64,000 nucleotides of DNA. Source: Octopus vulgaris. Its lineage: Eukaryota. Location: contig OX597822.1 in NCBI GenBank assembly GCA_951406725.2, positions 18,166,001-18,230,000 on the forward strand. Reading direction: 5' to 3'. Below are positions 27,663-40,904 of this stretch, one piece after another (within the stretch, counting starts at the first letter, position 1; each line of letters starts with the position of its first letter). Position numbers and translations under genes: made by a program. The notes beneath the pieces are model-generated. The model was not told the origin of the DNA. It worked only from the letters and a program-made list of their open reading frames with translations, and made no database searches.

Positions 27663-27719
27663 CTTTATACTATATATATATATATATATGCACACAAACA
27701 TACATATATATATATAAAA

Positions 27720-28147
27720 CCAAAATCGTAGCTGTGGCCAGTGCCCCCTGACTGGTTCCCATTTCAGTGGCACATAAAATGCTTCATCTGAACATAATCG
27801 ATGCCAGAGTTCCCTGACTGGCTTCTGTGTTGGTGGCATGTAAAAGGTACCATCCGAACATGGTCGATGCCAGGTCCACCTTACAGGCTCCGTGCCAGTG
27901 GCATGTAAAAAGCACTATCCGAATGTGATCAATGCCAGGGCCACCTGACTGGCTCCCATGCCAGTGGCACATAAAAAGTACCCACTACACTCTCAGAGAG
28001 GTTAGCGTTAGGAAGGACATCCAGCTGTAGAAACATCGCCAGATAAGATTGGAGCTTGGTGCAGCCACTGTCTCTCCAGACCTCAGTCAAGCAGTCCAAC
28101 TGATGCCAGCATGGAAAATGGATGCTAAAGGATGATGATGATGATGA

Positions 28148-28148
<1 letters not shown>
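27720..28148 (+). mobile_element. RTE 3'-UTR copy with ~4 internal ~60-bp subrepeats
   Basis: Repeated 'gactggctcc..tgccagtggcacataaaaagcac', then the tail to (GAT)n. Confidence 0.8.
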
Positions 28149-28182
<34 letters not shown>

Positions 28183-28635
28183 TTATATATACATATATAC
28201 TACTTCTTAATTTGAACGGAAGCAATGCAAGCAGAAATGAGAGGAACATAATTAAGCTCCACACTCGAAAATCAAATACATACATACATTCATATATTCT
28301 TCCATATTTACAAAATGGATATATAAATTCCAAATATATAAATATAAAAATATATATAAAAATAGATAAAAATCAGTGTTATACATAAAACACAGGGAAT
28401 TTACTTTTAAAAGTTATAAAACATTGGTGTAATTGAAATTCCCCGAAAAAAAAAAAAATATATATATATCATCATCGTTTAACGTCTGCTTTCCATGCTA
28501 GCATGGGTTGGACAATTTGACTGAGGACTGGCTCCAAGCTTGATTTAGCAGAGTTTCTACAGCTGGATGCCCTTCCTAACACCAACAAATATATATATAT
28601 ATTTATATATATTTGTGAGCATGTATATGTATATA

Positions 28636-28682
<47 letters not shown>

Positions 28683-30451
28683 TTTTGTATGTGTGTTTTT
28701 GTGTATATGTGTGTATATAAATATATACACAGGTATACACATGTATACAATATATTAGAAATAACAGCCAAATTTCCTTCAAATCACACCCTTCTATCCT
28801 AAAGTAGGAAATGTTACTGCAGACAGTGTTGTTCTACATACATAGAGGGCAAAGTTGCTAACAGTCTGTACAATCAGCAAGGAATATGTAAATGAGGAAG
28901 GCATATGCTAACAACTGCATAGTGATGTGTATGTATGGATCAATATGTGTGTATAACTGTATTGTTTGACCTATGCAAGCATGGAAAGCAGTTATTAAAT
29001 GATGGTGATGATATAAAGACACATGAATTTATTGGTCTTGTGGTTAGAGTGTTGGGCTGAAGATAATAAGATCACGGACTTGGTTTGTAGGCTGGGTGCC
29101 ATATTGTGCCTTTGAGAAATTGTCTTCCTTTCATGTTTCTTGAAGTTTTTCATTTGAAAGTGTTTAGCAGCTGAGTGTTGATGTAGCCTTCTTTCTTCTA
29201 TTCGTCATATCTTTGATATTCTGCTGGAGCAAGGACAATAGGATTGGAAGGATGTCTATGTCTGCTCGTGACTATGCAGATGCCTAAGGCCAACAGTGAA
29301 AGTATGGTACATGTTAGCAAATCATCTTTGCTTGCAAGGGATCGTTTGGACAGTTTGTCTGTGTGTGTGTGTGCTTGTGAATGTGTGAATATTTGCTTGA
29401 CATCATTTGATTGTTGCGAATGAATGTCATTCATCTCCAAAAGCATGTCTGGACATAGAGAAATATTACTTTGCTTGGAAATGTAAAGGTTGATGACAGG
29501 AAGAGCATCCGACCTTAGATAAGCTACTTCAGTAGAGTATGGAATTTGTGGACTTTTAAATATGATGATGATGATCCGTGTAGGCCTTGTTAGATTTAGT
29601 CTCAGGATACATAGGGAAGGAACAAATGCCACTCAGTATCTCATTCCTTTCCTCTCTCAGTCCTCAGCTGGTGCTTTATTTAGGGATCATGGAAAGATGA
29701 AAGGCAGATCGCAGTAGAATTTGAACTTGGAACAAACAGTACCAGAGTAAATGTGTGAAAGGCACTGTCACTCTTATGACTTTGTTCATTGTAATTCACT
29801 CTTCACTCTTCACTTGCACTATTCTCAGAGAATGTTAAACGGTAGAAGGAATGTCAACGTAGATAAAGTAAATACCGAAGTGAAGCAAGCCCATGGCAAT
29901 TTATGAATCATTGATTTGATAAGGAGCCAGGCAAGAACCGAATAATGGAATTTGTTTGGGGGCAAAGAATATGGAGGACTGACAGAATTATATAAAGGTG
30001 TACTGAAATTTTGGCTAAATGAGAGAAAGCTTTTCTCTGTTCAATGTTTGTTTAGCATTAGTGTGTGATGCTGACGCAAGGACACACAGACACACACACA
30101 CACACACACACACGTATATGGACAGCAAGCTTCTTTCAGCTTTCATATACCAAATCCACTTACAACGCTTTGGTTGGCCCAGTGTTATAGTAGAAGACAC
30201 ATGCCCAAGGTTGCATGCAGTGGGACTGAACCTGAAACCACGTGGTTGCAAAGCAAACTTCTTTACCACACAGCCATCCCTCTGCTTTATTGTTATTTTT
30301 TAAAAACTTTATATGAGGACATGGTGCTGTTAATGAGGATCAGAGCTAGACAGCCAATGAGAATAAATTAATAAATAAAATACTAATCAGCCCACTCGCA
30401 CACACACACACACACTCACACACACATACTACAGGAGACAGACAGTACTCG

Positions 30452-30498
<47 letters not shown>

Positions 30499-31229
30499 GA
30501 TGGTTTTTTTATTTTATTTTATACTTTGCTGTGATTGATTTTGAAGATTTATTTTTAAAGCTCATAACATAATAACAAACTGTTGAGAGCATTGTACATA
30601 GAATCGAAAGAGAAATGGATATTCACAGAATGAATCAACACAAACGAAGAATACACGTCTTTGAATAGAAACATGATATGGGGGTGGGTGTGATGTAATC
30701 GATTGTTGAGGGAGAGAGAGGGAGAGGGAGGGAGAGGGAGAAAGGGAATGAGAGACAAAGGGGAGAATGTTCAAACAAACTATTTTTGTGTTATTATGAG
30801 AAAGTGAGTGATTGAACATGTGCTCTGATGATGTATGCGTGTGCATCTGTTTGTCTGTGTATGTGTGCATGCATATCTGTAAATGTGTGTGTGTGTGTGT
30901 GTGTGTGTGAAATAAAAAAGAAAAAGTTGTTTGTATATGTTTGTGTTGAGGATTGGAAGTGAAAGTGTGGGTGTTTGTGTGTACTTGTATAACCATGCAT
31001 ACACTTGTGTGTAGTGCACGCGTGCGCGTGTTTGTGTGTGTAAGAGGGAAAGAGAAGCAGAGTAAAAGAGAAGGCATACAGTTCAGAAGTGAAAGAATGG
31101 CTGTTTATGTATGCATGCATACGTGTTTGAGAGGAAACAGAAAACATGTTCCTGTATGTTTGTTTAAGATTGCTATAGAAAGACTGGATATTGATATGTA
31201 TATATATATATATATATATGTTTGGTTTA

Positions 31230-31283
<54 letters not shown>

Positions 31284-31520
31284 GTATGTATTTGGTGTAA
31301 TATATATATTTGGTGCAGACATGGCTATGTGGTAAAGAAGGTTTGTTTTACAACCACAAGATTTTGGGATCAATTGCACTGTCACACTTTGGCCACGTGT
31401 CTCCTCTTATCGCTGGTGGCTAACCAATGCTCCCTGGGCAAATTAGTATACAGAAACTTGGCAGAAACTCATCTCACACAATCATACACATCTCTCTCTA
31501 TTTATATATATATATATATG

Positions 31521-31790
31521 TACAAAGTGAGATGGGGGTTATGAGTGTAATCCACTATGGGATATCATTTATCCAATATACTGCCAGTAAAGTACCCAGA
31601 AGGCGAATACATAAATGCTTGGAATTGCAATGCAATTAATTCATTTATTGTATTATATGGGCGAAGGTAAAATGTTTTACCTCAAATTCATAATACCAAT
31701 TCATATAATTTATTAAATAAATTATATGAATTGGTATTATCTGGAAGTTGATGATTGAAAGAAATCTATTCCTCCATTTTCTTATTTTGT
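31521..31790 (-). mobile_element. Fragment of the Naiad terminal region (homologous to 43229-43480) with an internal inversion
   Basis: 31521-31696 aligns by eye with 43229-43405. 31716-31790 is the reverse complement of ~43404-43478. Confidence 0.8.
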
Positions 31791-31800
31791 ATATATATAT

Positions 31801-32460
31801 AAGAAATTAAAAAAGGAAAATATGCTCACTTACATAGTTTTAATATAATTTTTAATATATCGACCGGTTTCACTATTGCTATTCATGATATTATGTTTTA
31901 CTTATTTGAATATATATTTTTTCTTAAGAAGAAATTTGGTCCATGTTGTGTGTGATGAAATTCATGAGTGAATGACTTAACTAGTAGATAAATAAAGGGA
32001 GGTAATTGGTTGTTATTATTATTGTTGTGTGTAAGGGAGATAACTATTCAGCTTTCGGTAATGGATGGGGATTACATATGTGTACAGAACAGAGACAGGT
32101 TTTAAAAAACCTTGTTTAGTAGGGGATTTATGTACAGTGATGTAATCATGAATTGAAATATGTAAAAATATAAAAGTTGGTTATGTGTGCATATTAAGAC
32201 GTGTTTTGTATTTTTCAATGAAAAGAGTTTCTTTATTTAAATGTTCTAGTTGAGAGATTGCATCTTTGCATTGGTAGAAAGGGGAGACTGTGAAATTTGG
32301 TTTGGTGTTACCTACACATTTTTCTATATGTCCACTGAGAGGAATTTGTCTGTATTGCAGGAAATGGATTTGCTCCTTATGTAGAGTGATTCTCTTTTTC
32401 AGGGTCATACTCGTTTGTCTAATATACTGATGACCGCAACCCGAGCAGGTTATTACATTA
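31801..32460 (-). mobile_element. Penelope-like element 3' end (GIY-YIG C-terminus plus UTR with hammerhead)
   Basis: VITCSGCGHQYIRQT..TLKKRITLHKEQI...LSGHIEKC...KETLFIEKYKTRLN. (TA)n at both flanks. Confidence 0.8.
31857..31891 (-). ncRNA. Minimal type I hammerhead ribozyme motif, A3-U8 core variant
   Basis: atatc-ATGAATA-gc-aata-gt-GAAA-ccgg-TC-gatat. Stem I atatc/gatat, palindromic stem III, GUC cleavage triplet. Confidence 0.6.
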
Positions 32461-32589
32461 TATATATATATATATATATTCATATATGTACACATATTAA
32501 GCTAGGAAAAATCTTACCTATTCAGGTTTTAATATTTAAAGAGGAGGGTGTTGCTTTCTCTTGGAAGGGTTAGGTTCTGGCATGTAACT

Positions 32590-33170
32590 AATCCTGTCCT
32601 GGAAACTGCTGGCAGCCAAAACCTCATTGTATGTATGGGGTGGCAGCATCAAAAAATCTCTTTGCTTGAAGATAAGCTGGAGATTTTTCTGTTGATGCCC
32701 TTTACCAAGTTCTTGAAAACTAGGGCTGGATGACAGAAACCTGTGTTAATGTGTGAAAGCTTCTCATTTGGCTTCTTAAAGGGACTCTAGGTACCAAACT
32801 CAAAGTCCAGGGTCACATCAAGGAATTCTACCATTCTCAGGTTGGTTTCTATCATGACCTTCAGTCAAAGGGACTTCTTGATACTGGTGAGGTCCTTTCG
32901 AAACCTATTTAGCATGTGGCCATTTGACCCTTTTGATATTGCTAGCACGTCATCCCTGTAGAGGCTAAAGCTAGTGGAAGAGAATTTCTTTTTGAGTACA
33001 TCTAGGATGAAAAGACAAATGAGGTCACACTCGTCAGCAATGTTGAAGGATTCCATTGCCACACTGAAGGAGCCTTCTGGGTCAGTTCGTTTGGCCAAGG
33101 TTGACTCCTCACTGAAAAGCGGGGTTCTTCTGGCATGCATGATAATGCGTATGTCCTCTCGTCACTAATA
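32590..33170 (-). mobile_element. Naiad-type PLE reverse transcriptase fragment
   Basis: MHARRTPLF...FSVAMESF..ADECDLICLFIL...LYRDDVLA...ETNLRMVEFLDVTLD...PFKKPNE...HP..VFKNLVKGINRKISSLSSSKEIF. Confidence 0.82.
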
Positions 33171-33694
33171 TGCTAACAGCATTGGCTATATGCTTTATAG
33201 TCTATCACCTGCATATGGTGAATGTGATCAATGTTTTGCTCAGTGGTGGCAGTTGCAGGACATCCAGATATTGTGTCATCTTCAAGACTCTCCATTCCCC
33301 TCCTAAATTCAGCTGCCTACTTTGGCACTGTTGATAAATATGCAGCAGCATCCTCTAATATCGGCATTAATATCCTTGGAGGCTAAACCCATTTTCTGCT
33401 GGGTCATGATAACACTACAATGACAAATTTGTTCATTTTCAAGAAAAGTTGCCACTAGTTGCTTTTGAGGTCTTCTTTGAACTATCAGATGTCAACTTAC
33501 ATGGAAAGAAATAATTCAGTTATTAACAAAAAAATTGAAATTCATGCGTGCATGATTTCACAGCTCTAGCACTACTCCTTCATAGTTGGTCTCTTTTTAA
33601 CCCACCTTCATAGCTACTCATGCTTATATAATATCCCTGTTGCACTATATGCTACAACTATTGCAAACATGCACTTACACTGTCTTCTCCCCAA

Positions 33695-34090
33695 ACTATG
33701 ATTTGTAATTGTAAACATCTTACTAACTGCCCACTGAAAGGATCTTGTCTTTCAAAGCTGTGGTATATAGAGCCACCCTCAAAGTATCATGAGACTGTAC
33801 ACAAGCGTGACAGTGAGTGATTTCAAGGGGAAATTGATGCAACACATGCACTCCCTTGTGTATTGGGAAGGAGAAAAGTTCACCCCACAGTCCTGCTTCT
33901 TCTGGAAATTCCAGGATCATGGAAACAACTTTCTTAACATTATGGAATATTCTCAACAAAGCTCCTCCTTACTCACCTGGAGTTTGTAATTGCCAAAACT
34001 GTCTCTGTAAGAAACTGGACATACTCCAGCATCTTGCATTTTCCATCAATAGTAAAACTGACCCATCCTAATGTTGCTACCAGAGGTGTG
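33695..34090 (+). mobile_element. Naiad-type PLE zinc-finger linker plus GIY-YIG fragment, degenerate
   Basis: CNCKHLTNCPLKGSCLS..VVYRATL...DFKGKLMQH...WKFQD...WNILNKAPPYSPG..NCQNCLCKK (frameshifted). Confidence 0.75.
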
Positions 34091-34224
34091 CCCTGGTAAT
34101 GAACACCAAGATACTGGTTGCTGATAGCCCAGAAATATCACCTTATGCCTAGCTGACTCATGCACAATTGCATACAGCTGTTTTGAGTGAGATTTGTCGT
34201 CTATATTTGTTATATATATCTATA

Positions 34225-34456
34225 CAGTGGGATGCAAAAGTAGGTATACAGTAGTGAAAAAAGAAAACACATACAATACTCGTTTATTCTTATCAGAAAA
34301 ATTAAAAGTTATGATAAAAGTATTATTATGATTAATGACACTGAAAATATCAAAATGAGGTCATCTAATTTAATATGTTAATAATTTTAATGAATTAAGT
34401 TTTATAACATCAATGTGATACTTACTGTATACCTTACTTTTGCACCACCACCCCTG
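34225..34456. mobile_element. Tc1/mariner-type MITE
   Basis: Imperfect TIRs 'cagtgggatgcaaaagtaggtatacagt' and 'actgtataccttacttttgcaccaccacccctg', in a TA context. Confidence 0.65.
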
Positions 34457-36099
34457 TGTATATATATACATACACGTGTGTGTCTGTGTGTGTGTCTGTG
34501 TGTGTGTGCATGCATGTGTACTCTTCAGTTTAAAGGCTCTAAGAAAGTTTTAAGATGAAACACAAACACTCAGTTCTGAGTTCACTGTTCCTTACAGCAG
34601 AAACAGCTGTAAGCTAATGAAGTTGATTCCATAATTCCTGTTCTCTTCTCATTCAACTAATTCTTATTCTGGACTTGCCAAATGCTTCTTTCTAAAGCAT
34701 TTGTATATTGAATTCTAATAGCAAGTTATTAGTTTCACCATGCTCAAGCAAAATCATAACACACACACATGTATAATGAAGGGTGAAAATACATGTATGT
34801 GTATATTAAAACAAAAGAGAGAGAGAGAGAAAACTAGAGCAAGAGTGACAGAAAGAGAGCAAGACAGAGGGATCAGATTCTAAAATGGTAACAGTATCAA
34901 TAGCAGGTGGAAATTGATGCAAAATGGCATTTTATACTCGGATTGAGAGACAGCTATTAAAGACAATTTATTATTGCAAAGCTCTGTCACTTAACTACAG
35001 GATGTGATTTCATTGCAAGACTAAATAAATGTTTATTAAAAATATGGATTGTATACAAATTATATTCATTATTACAATAATTACATCATTGTTAACGTAA
35101 CAACTGTACTAAGCATCAAAAATCTACTTCAAAGTATTTCCGCAGCAAGGAAGCAGATGCCATTGTCAAGTGAGACTGACTGGTTGACCATTGTAATTTG
35201 TGTGTTTACATATTTGAAATATTTTTCATGCTTTCTCATGTTCAATATTGTAAACAGCTACTTAATGAATTTCTCATCGTTATTTCAACGACTTTGTTGA
35301 ATTGTATGCTTCATTGAGGAGATTGTAATGTGTTCAGGATTGTCACCTTTATTTACCCGAGTGATTCAAATGATATCAGTTGCTGAGCTAATACAGCCTC
35401 TTCCTCACCTCATTATTATTTCTAATCCGATTTTTATTGTTCAGTATATTAAATAGGTTAACATTAACTTTATCATAGTATTTCATGCAGACAGCATCCC
35501 TGAGTAATTAATCTCTGTATTTCCTTCGGTGTCTCATTATCACTAAACTCTGTTCATTCTCCCTCCTCCTCCTCCTCTGATTATTCTGAATATTTCTTGT
35601 TTTCGTTTCTTCCCAATCATTTCACAGCCTTCGTGACAAAGTTTATCTCATGTTCCAAATAAATTCAACAGAAACGATGTTTAAACCTGCTGTTAATGAA
35701 ATCAATTTTCTTTTACATCAACATTCGGTTCTTCTCGGCACTCCTGACAGCTTTAAAAAAAATCTTATCCATATGTAAAAGAGAAAGAAAATACCAGTAA
35801 TAATAACAATAATAAAGATAATAATAATAATTATGATAATAATAATAATAATAATGATGATGATGATGATGACCTTTTCTACAGTAGGCACAAGGCCTGA
35901 AATTATGGAGGAGGGGACTAGCTGATAATATTGACCCCAGTATTCCACTGGTACTTATTTTATTTATCTGAAAAGATGAAAGGTAAAGTCAACCTTGGCG
36001 GAATTTGAACTGGAAGAAATGCTGCTAAGTATTTGTCTGGTGTGCTAACAATTCCGAATAATAATAATAATAATAACAATAATAATAATAATAATAATG

Positions 36100-36305
36100 A
36101 TATTTTCTATGTAATCACAAGTTTTAAAACAAACATAATTTTCTTATGGTTTCTTAAAGATTCACTAGTAAAACACTATGTACAAAACCAAATATATGGC
36201 ACCCTAGGCATAACACCAACATGAACTTCCAACTTGTTGTCTCTTGAGGTCTCTGGGTGAGACTTGGAGCCAACTTGTGCAAATGTAAAGCAAAAGTCAA
36301 ACATA

Positions 36306-36308
<3 letters not shown>
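36100..36308 (+). mobile_element. 5'-truncated Dong copy (last codons plus 3' UTR) in (TAA)n
   Basis: Matches the reverse complement of 51910-52115. (AAT)n on both sides. Confidence 0.88.
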
Positions 36309-36357
<49 letters not shown>

Positions 36358-36359
36358 TC

Positions 36360-37722
36360 TTATTAACCAGAAAGGGTTTACATTAAGAAAAACATTAAGG
36401 ACTGTATAGGACGAAAACAAAGAATGTGTATGTGTGTGTGTGTGTGTTGTTGGGAGGGTTTTGCATGTAAACAAAGAATAAACAAATTCAACATTGTGTA
36501 TTCCTCAATGAGGAGGGCTGCTCATGGAAAAACCCCATAAAAACCATGGGTACCCTGACATTTGGGGCAGGTGTCTTTTCTTTCCTTTTCTCCAACTACA
36601 GATGTATGCTCAGGACAGGCATGTTCACCCACACCATTCTCACCACTTTCATCCATCTTTCAGCAAAATGGCCAGAAGATAACACTTCCCTCTCTTTCCC
36701 TATTTTCTTTTTCAAGTGAAACTTGAAGTTGATCAGGAATTGGCCAAAGAGAAAAATGTTTTGTCTTCAGCCTCTTCAGTTTCGTCCACCATAAAAACTC
36801 TTTCATCATGACCACCAGGCATATAAAGACAGTCTTCCATTCCCAGTTAAAGGATGGATTCAGTTGACAGGCAGATCTGTCCTACATGTGACAGCAGGTG
36901 TTCAACATAAACCTACAGGTCAGCAATGCTCAGGTACTGGATGAGTGCATGCAGGACTGTCTTGTCGTCCTGTGTGCATCTCAGACATGCTCAGCTGACA
37001 GCACTTCTGTGCCTGTAAAGTTTATCTCAGACAGGCAAAGCTCCCCAGTAGCACTGCCAGGCCAGAGATTTTTGGAAATTATCCATTGGTCCTGGGCCAA
37101 AAGTTCTCTGGAAAATAGTAGCTAGCTGATCTTCTTCAATGTCCAAGGTCTCCCCAAGAACTTCGTCACACTTTCTCTCCACTAATTCTCTATAAAAAGC
37201 TAAAGTGGACATTCTGCCTATTGCAGATATCCTTTCTCAGCTTCTGTTTTACCCAGGATTGCGGCTCTGTTAAAGAAACTACCTGGGGAAATATGTGTCT
37301 GGTGAACAACGACCACACCTATTCCCCGACAAGGAAGCAATGGAAATGTCATAGCCTCAGTGCATTTCTGTGCATCATCCTCTACAATATGCCCAGGCCA
37401 CCATGCAGTGGATGTTGACAGCAGATAGACTGCCTGACCATCTGGACATGCCCCTTCCACAAGAAGTAGAAGAGTATACACTCCAACGTAATCAGACGGT
37501 GGCTACAAGGCATAGCTTTCTCTTGGCCATTTCTGGGTGAGAGTAGTCACTCTGCTCATTACGTCATCCCAGTTTTTGTCTATCTGGAGGTTTGGACCAA
37601 ACCAGACCCTGAGCAGTTTAACTGGTCCATGCATCCAGTGCCCAACAATGCAGTTCAATGGCATCAACTTGCTTTTCCAGGTGCCAAGTCGCAAGCCCAT
37701 TGATTTTTCCAGGTTAATCCTA
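36360..37722 (-). mobile_element. L1/Tx1-group LINE 3' fragment, degenerate
   Basis: RINLEKSMGLRLGTWK...VKLLRVWFGPNLQIDKNW; FQKSLAWQCYWGALPV*DKL...CLRC..DDKTVLHALI (zf-RVT-like). Confidence 0.75.
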
Positions 37723-39447
37723 AATAATAATAATAATGTCAATGAAGCACCATTATGAGTGTTGTAAGTGCTGGGTCTTTTGATTAGTGATGCTAACGAC
37801 CTCAGCTGGAGAGAAATGTTTGAAAAGGTGAGACTTTAGTTTGTAGCAAGACCTACAATGAAGAACTGCTATCGTATCAGGGGCAGTGCTGCTGCTTCAC
37901 ATCCAGGCATCTTAGACTTGTGATTCTCAAACTGAAAAATGCCAACCTTGCCATCCACCATCAAATTATTCTTTTTTAAATCTTTTATCTTTTATTTGCT
38001 TCAGTCATTGGACTGTGGCCCATGCTGGGGCACCACCTTGACGTGTTTGATCAAACAAATCAACTCCAATACTTATTTTTTAAAGTTTGTTACTTATTCT
38101 AATAGTCTTTTTTGCCAAACCACTAAGTTACGGGGACATAAACAAACCAACTCTGGTTGTCAAGCAATAGTGGGAGACAAACACAAAGATACACACTAAT
38201 ATATGCATTACAGTACCATTAGCCATTTTGTGGCCTGATGATGAAGACTCTAGATCAGACACAGGTAACCTTCGTTTCTGAGAAACAGGCTACAGAAAAC
38301 AAGGCTCATCATCTGGCAGGCTAAATGACTTAAGAATTCCAAGGTGATTATTGTTTTCATTAGGCAAACCATTCAGAAAGCCTCATGGGTTGCAGGTGGA
38401 CCATGATTGCTCTGGATTAATCCCTAACCAAATCAAATATCTTTGATTCTGGTTAAGGATTACTGAAGACACACAATATATCTCCTGCTCCAGGAATTGA
38501 AACCACAGTCTTACAGTTTATGAGTGCAACATCTTACCCACTCAGCCATGCACCTCCATGATGTCTCATTACTTTACTTAGTTACTCTATACAGTCATTA
38601 AGCAGACACCTGTAAATTCATTTATAAACTTCCTCCCAAACATTCTTTTTCATTATCTTAGTCGCCTTGTTTCTTGAGACTCTCTAGAATTAGCAACTTA
38701 AGTTTTAGCAAAAAATGGTTAAGATGATCTATGAATCTATTGTCATTGATTTGTTTTTTTTAAATATCTCATTTAGAAGAAAAATTGGAACACTGCTTCT
38801 AGACCTGTGGGGAGACTATGCAGGTATTTTGCAGGTATTATCACATCCTCACTACCTGTACACCTCGCAGATATTCACTACGTAGTATGGACATTTGTAA
38901 CACAACCACATCTCCACTACATTCTGAAGGACTCTGTGTGTGAGTGTGAGTGTGTGTGTGCTTGAGTGCATGCATGCATGTGTGTGTGTGTGTGTTTGTG
39001 TGTGTGTTAGAGTCAGTAAGAAAAGGGAGAGTTTCCTCACCTTTCTACTTAACGATTAATATCTTTATTGTGAAATATGCTTCCAGAGAATGTGTCAGAT
39101 AACAGAAGGCAAGTTTCGTTTGCTGTTTATTGAAAATATTCTCCATTCACGCATCAATTATTCCTGTGTCATCCACTGTTACTGCTGCTGGCTGTTTCTT
39201 GAGGATCGCTGGCTTCAAAGAGAAACTCATGTTCAGTGCCATCCATCACAATATTGATTGCATGTATTTTCTAGTGTTTTGGCTGGTATTTCTCCTCTTA
39301 TAGCTCCTCATGAGGACTTCTTTCAATCATTCTGTTGACGTTCATAAATTTCCAGCAGCCATATTTTTGTGCCACTCTTTATTTCTGTTGCATATAACAT
39401 TTGGCTTGTTTCTTCACTGAAAATGTCCAATGGTTGTAATTAAGAGA

Positions 39448-39669
39448 TTAACTCGTTAGCATTTAAACCAGCCAAATCCAATTCAAATATTCTCACTGTT
39501 TTTTTCAAACTGGCCAGATCTGGTTTCTCACACTTACCCTACAATGCCATTCTAAAAACAATCAGTCATATCATTGAAATCTCAGAGCTAAGGGATAATG
39601 CAAAATTAATTCAAAACAAGGTGAATAAATAAGCATCACATTTGAGGAATTTGAATGCAAAAGAATTAA
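39448..39669. mobile_element. Possible TTAA-type MITE
   Basis: TTAA|ctcgttagcatt ... aatgcaaaagaa|TTAA, with degenerate TIRs. Confidence 0.4.
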
Positions 39670-40009
39670 ATTGGTGATAACAGGTAACTTGTTTAGTTTA
39701 GAACTGCTCAAGTGTTGTCTTTGTTGTGGCCTGGAATTGAAACCACGCCTGTAATGCTCTTTTTTTTTAAAACAGATCATCAAAATTTCAAGGCTTGTAC
39801 TTTCTCCAGCCCCAATTTCATGTCACTTTCATGTTATGGATGGTAACAAAGACACAGAAGAGTTTCTTTTCAATTAATCTTTTTCTTACTGTTGAAATGC
39901 ATTTTGTTTTTATTTCAATTAATTTTGAAAATAATGAATTAGTAAAATAAATTTGTTGTAATTAAGCTGGTGTTTGGAATATAAATTGACATGAATCAAA
40001 TGGAAATTG

Positions 40010-40340
40010 TAGTTGTGATACTTGTGCCGGTGGCACATAAAAATCACCATTCATACATGGCCAATGTCAGTGCCACCTTGACTAGCTTCCGTGCCAGTGG
40101 CACGTAAAGAGCACCAACCAATCATGGCTGTTGCCAGCCTCCCCTAGCACCTGTGCCGGTGGCATGTAAAAAGCACCTACTACACTCACAGAGTAGTTGG
40201 CATTAGGAAGGGCATCCAGCTCTAGAAACACTGCCAGATCAAACTGGAGCCTGGTGCAGCCTTCTGGCTTCCCAGACCCCAGTTGAACCGTCCAACCCAT
40301 GCTAGCATGGAAAACGGACGTTAAACGATGATGATGATGA
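40010..40340 (+). mobile_element. RTE 3'-UTR copy, probably inserted in an older MITE
   Basis: Subrepeats plus conserved tail. Downstream 40569-40593 'agaaatatggtaacaaaatggttaa' resembles the piggyBac-like end at 16081-16105. Confidence 0.75.
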
Positions 40341-40904
40341 AACTGATGGAAGGTTTTAATTTCTATCCCTTTAAAAACTGAAGCTTGTCTTAGAGAGCCA
40401 GGAGAGGTCAGGGCAAGGTTGGTACCAAACTGGTTAAAGTGATCTCAGTTTAAACCTCCCATCAAAATTTCTTGTTAATTTATGTTAATAATTAATAAAA
40501 ACAATGTTATTTCACTAAACTTTTTCATTGCTTTACGAATTAATTGATGCAAAGGCAGTTATTTCAATAGAAATATGGTAACAAAATGGTTAAAGATACG
40601 AGCTTTGTGCCAGCTGCTTAAACAAACCAAGACAAAAGCAGAGCAAGGATTTTTCCCAAACAATTATTTTTCTAAGCATTAACTCTGCACTTTTATTTTA
40701 AACAGTTTTGCTTGACTTCACAATAAATACTAATTGTACTTCAACCATATTCCTTATTGGTTCTTGTTCAGAATTTCTTTCTTTCTTGATATATCTGTAA
40801 AATTCTAGGGTTTTTCATTATGCTCTTCACCACATTCCATAAAGAAATTTTGTCCCCAACCTGTAAGTCCAAAGAAACAAAGGACATTCAAAGAAGTGCA
40901 ATGG

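Noticed and set aside
38233-38293. CTGATGA...GAAA motif
   Set aside because: No stems close the core correctly.
39150-39400. Minus-strand peptide KIHAINIVMDGTEHEFLFEASDPQE, vaguely PH- or small-GTPase-like exon
   Set aside because: Flanked by stops, with a purine-rich acceptor region and no convincing splice sites.
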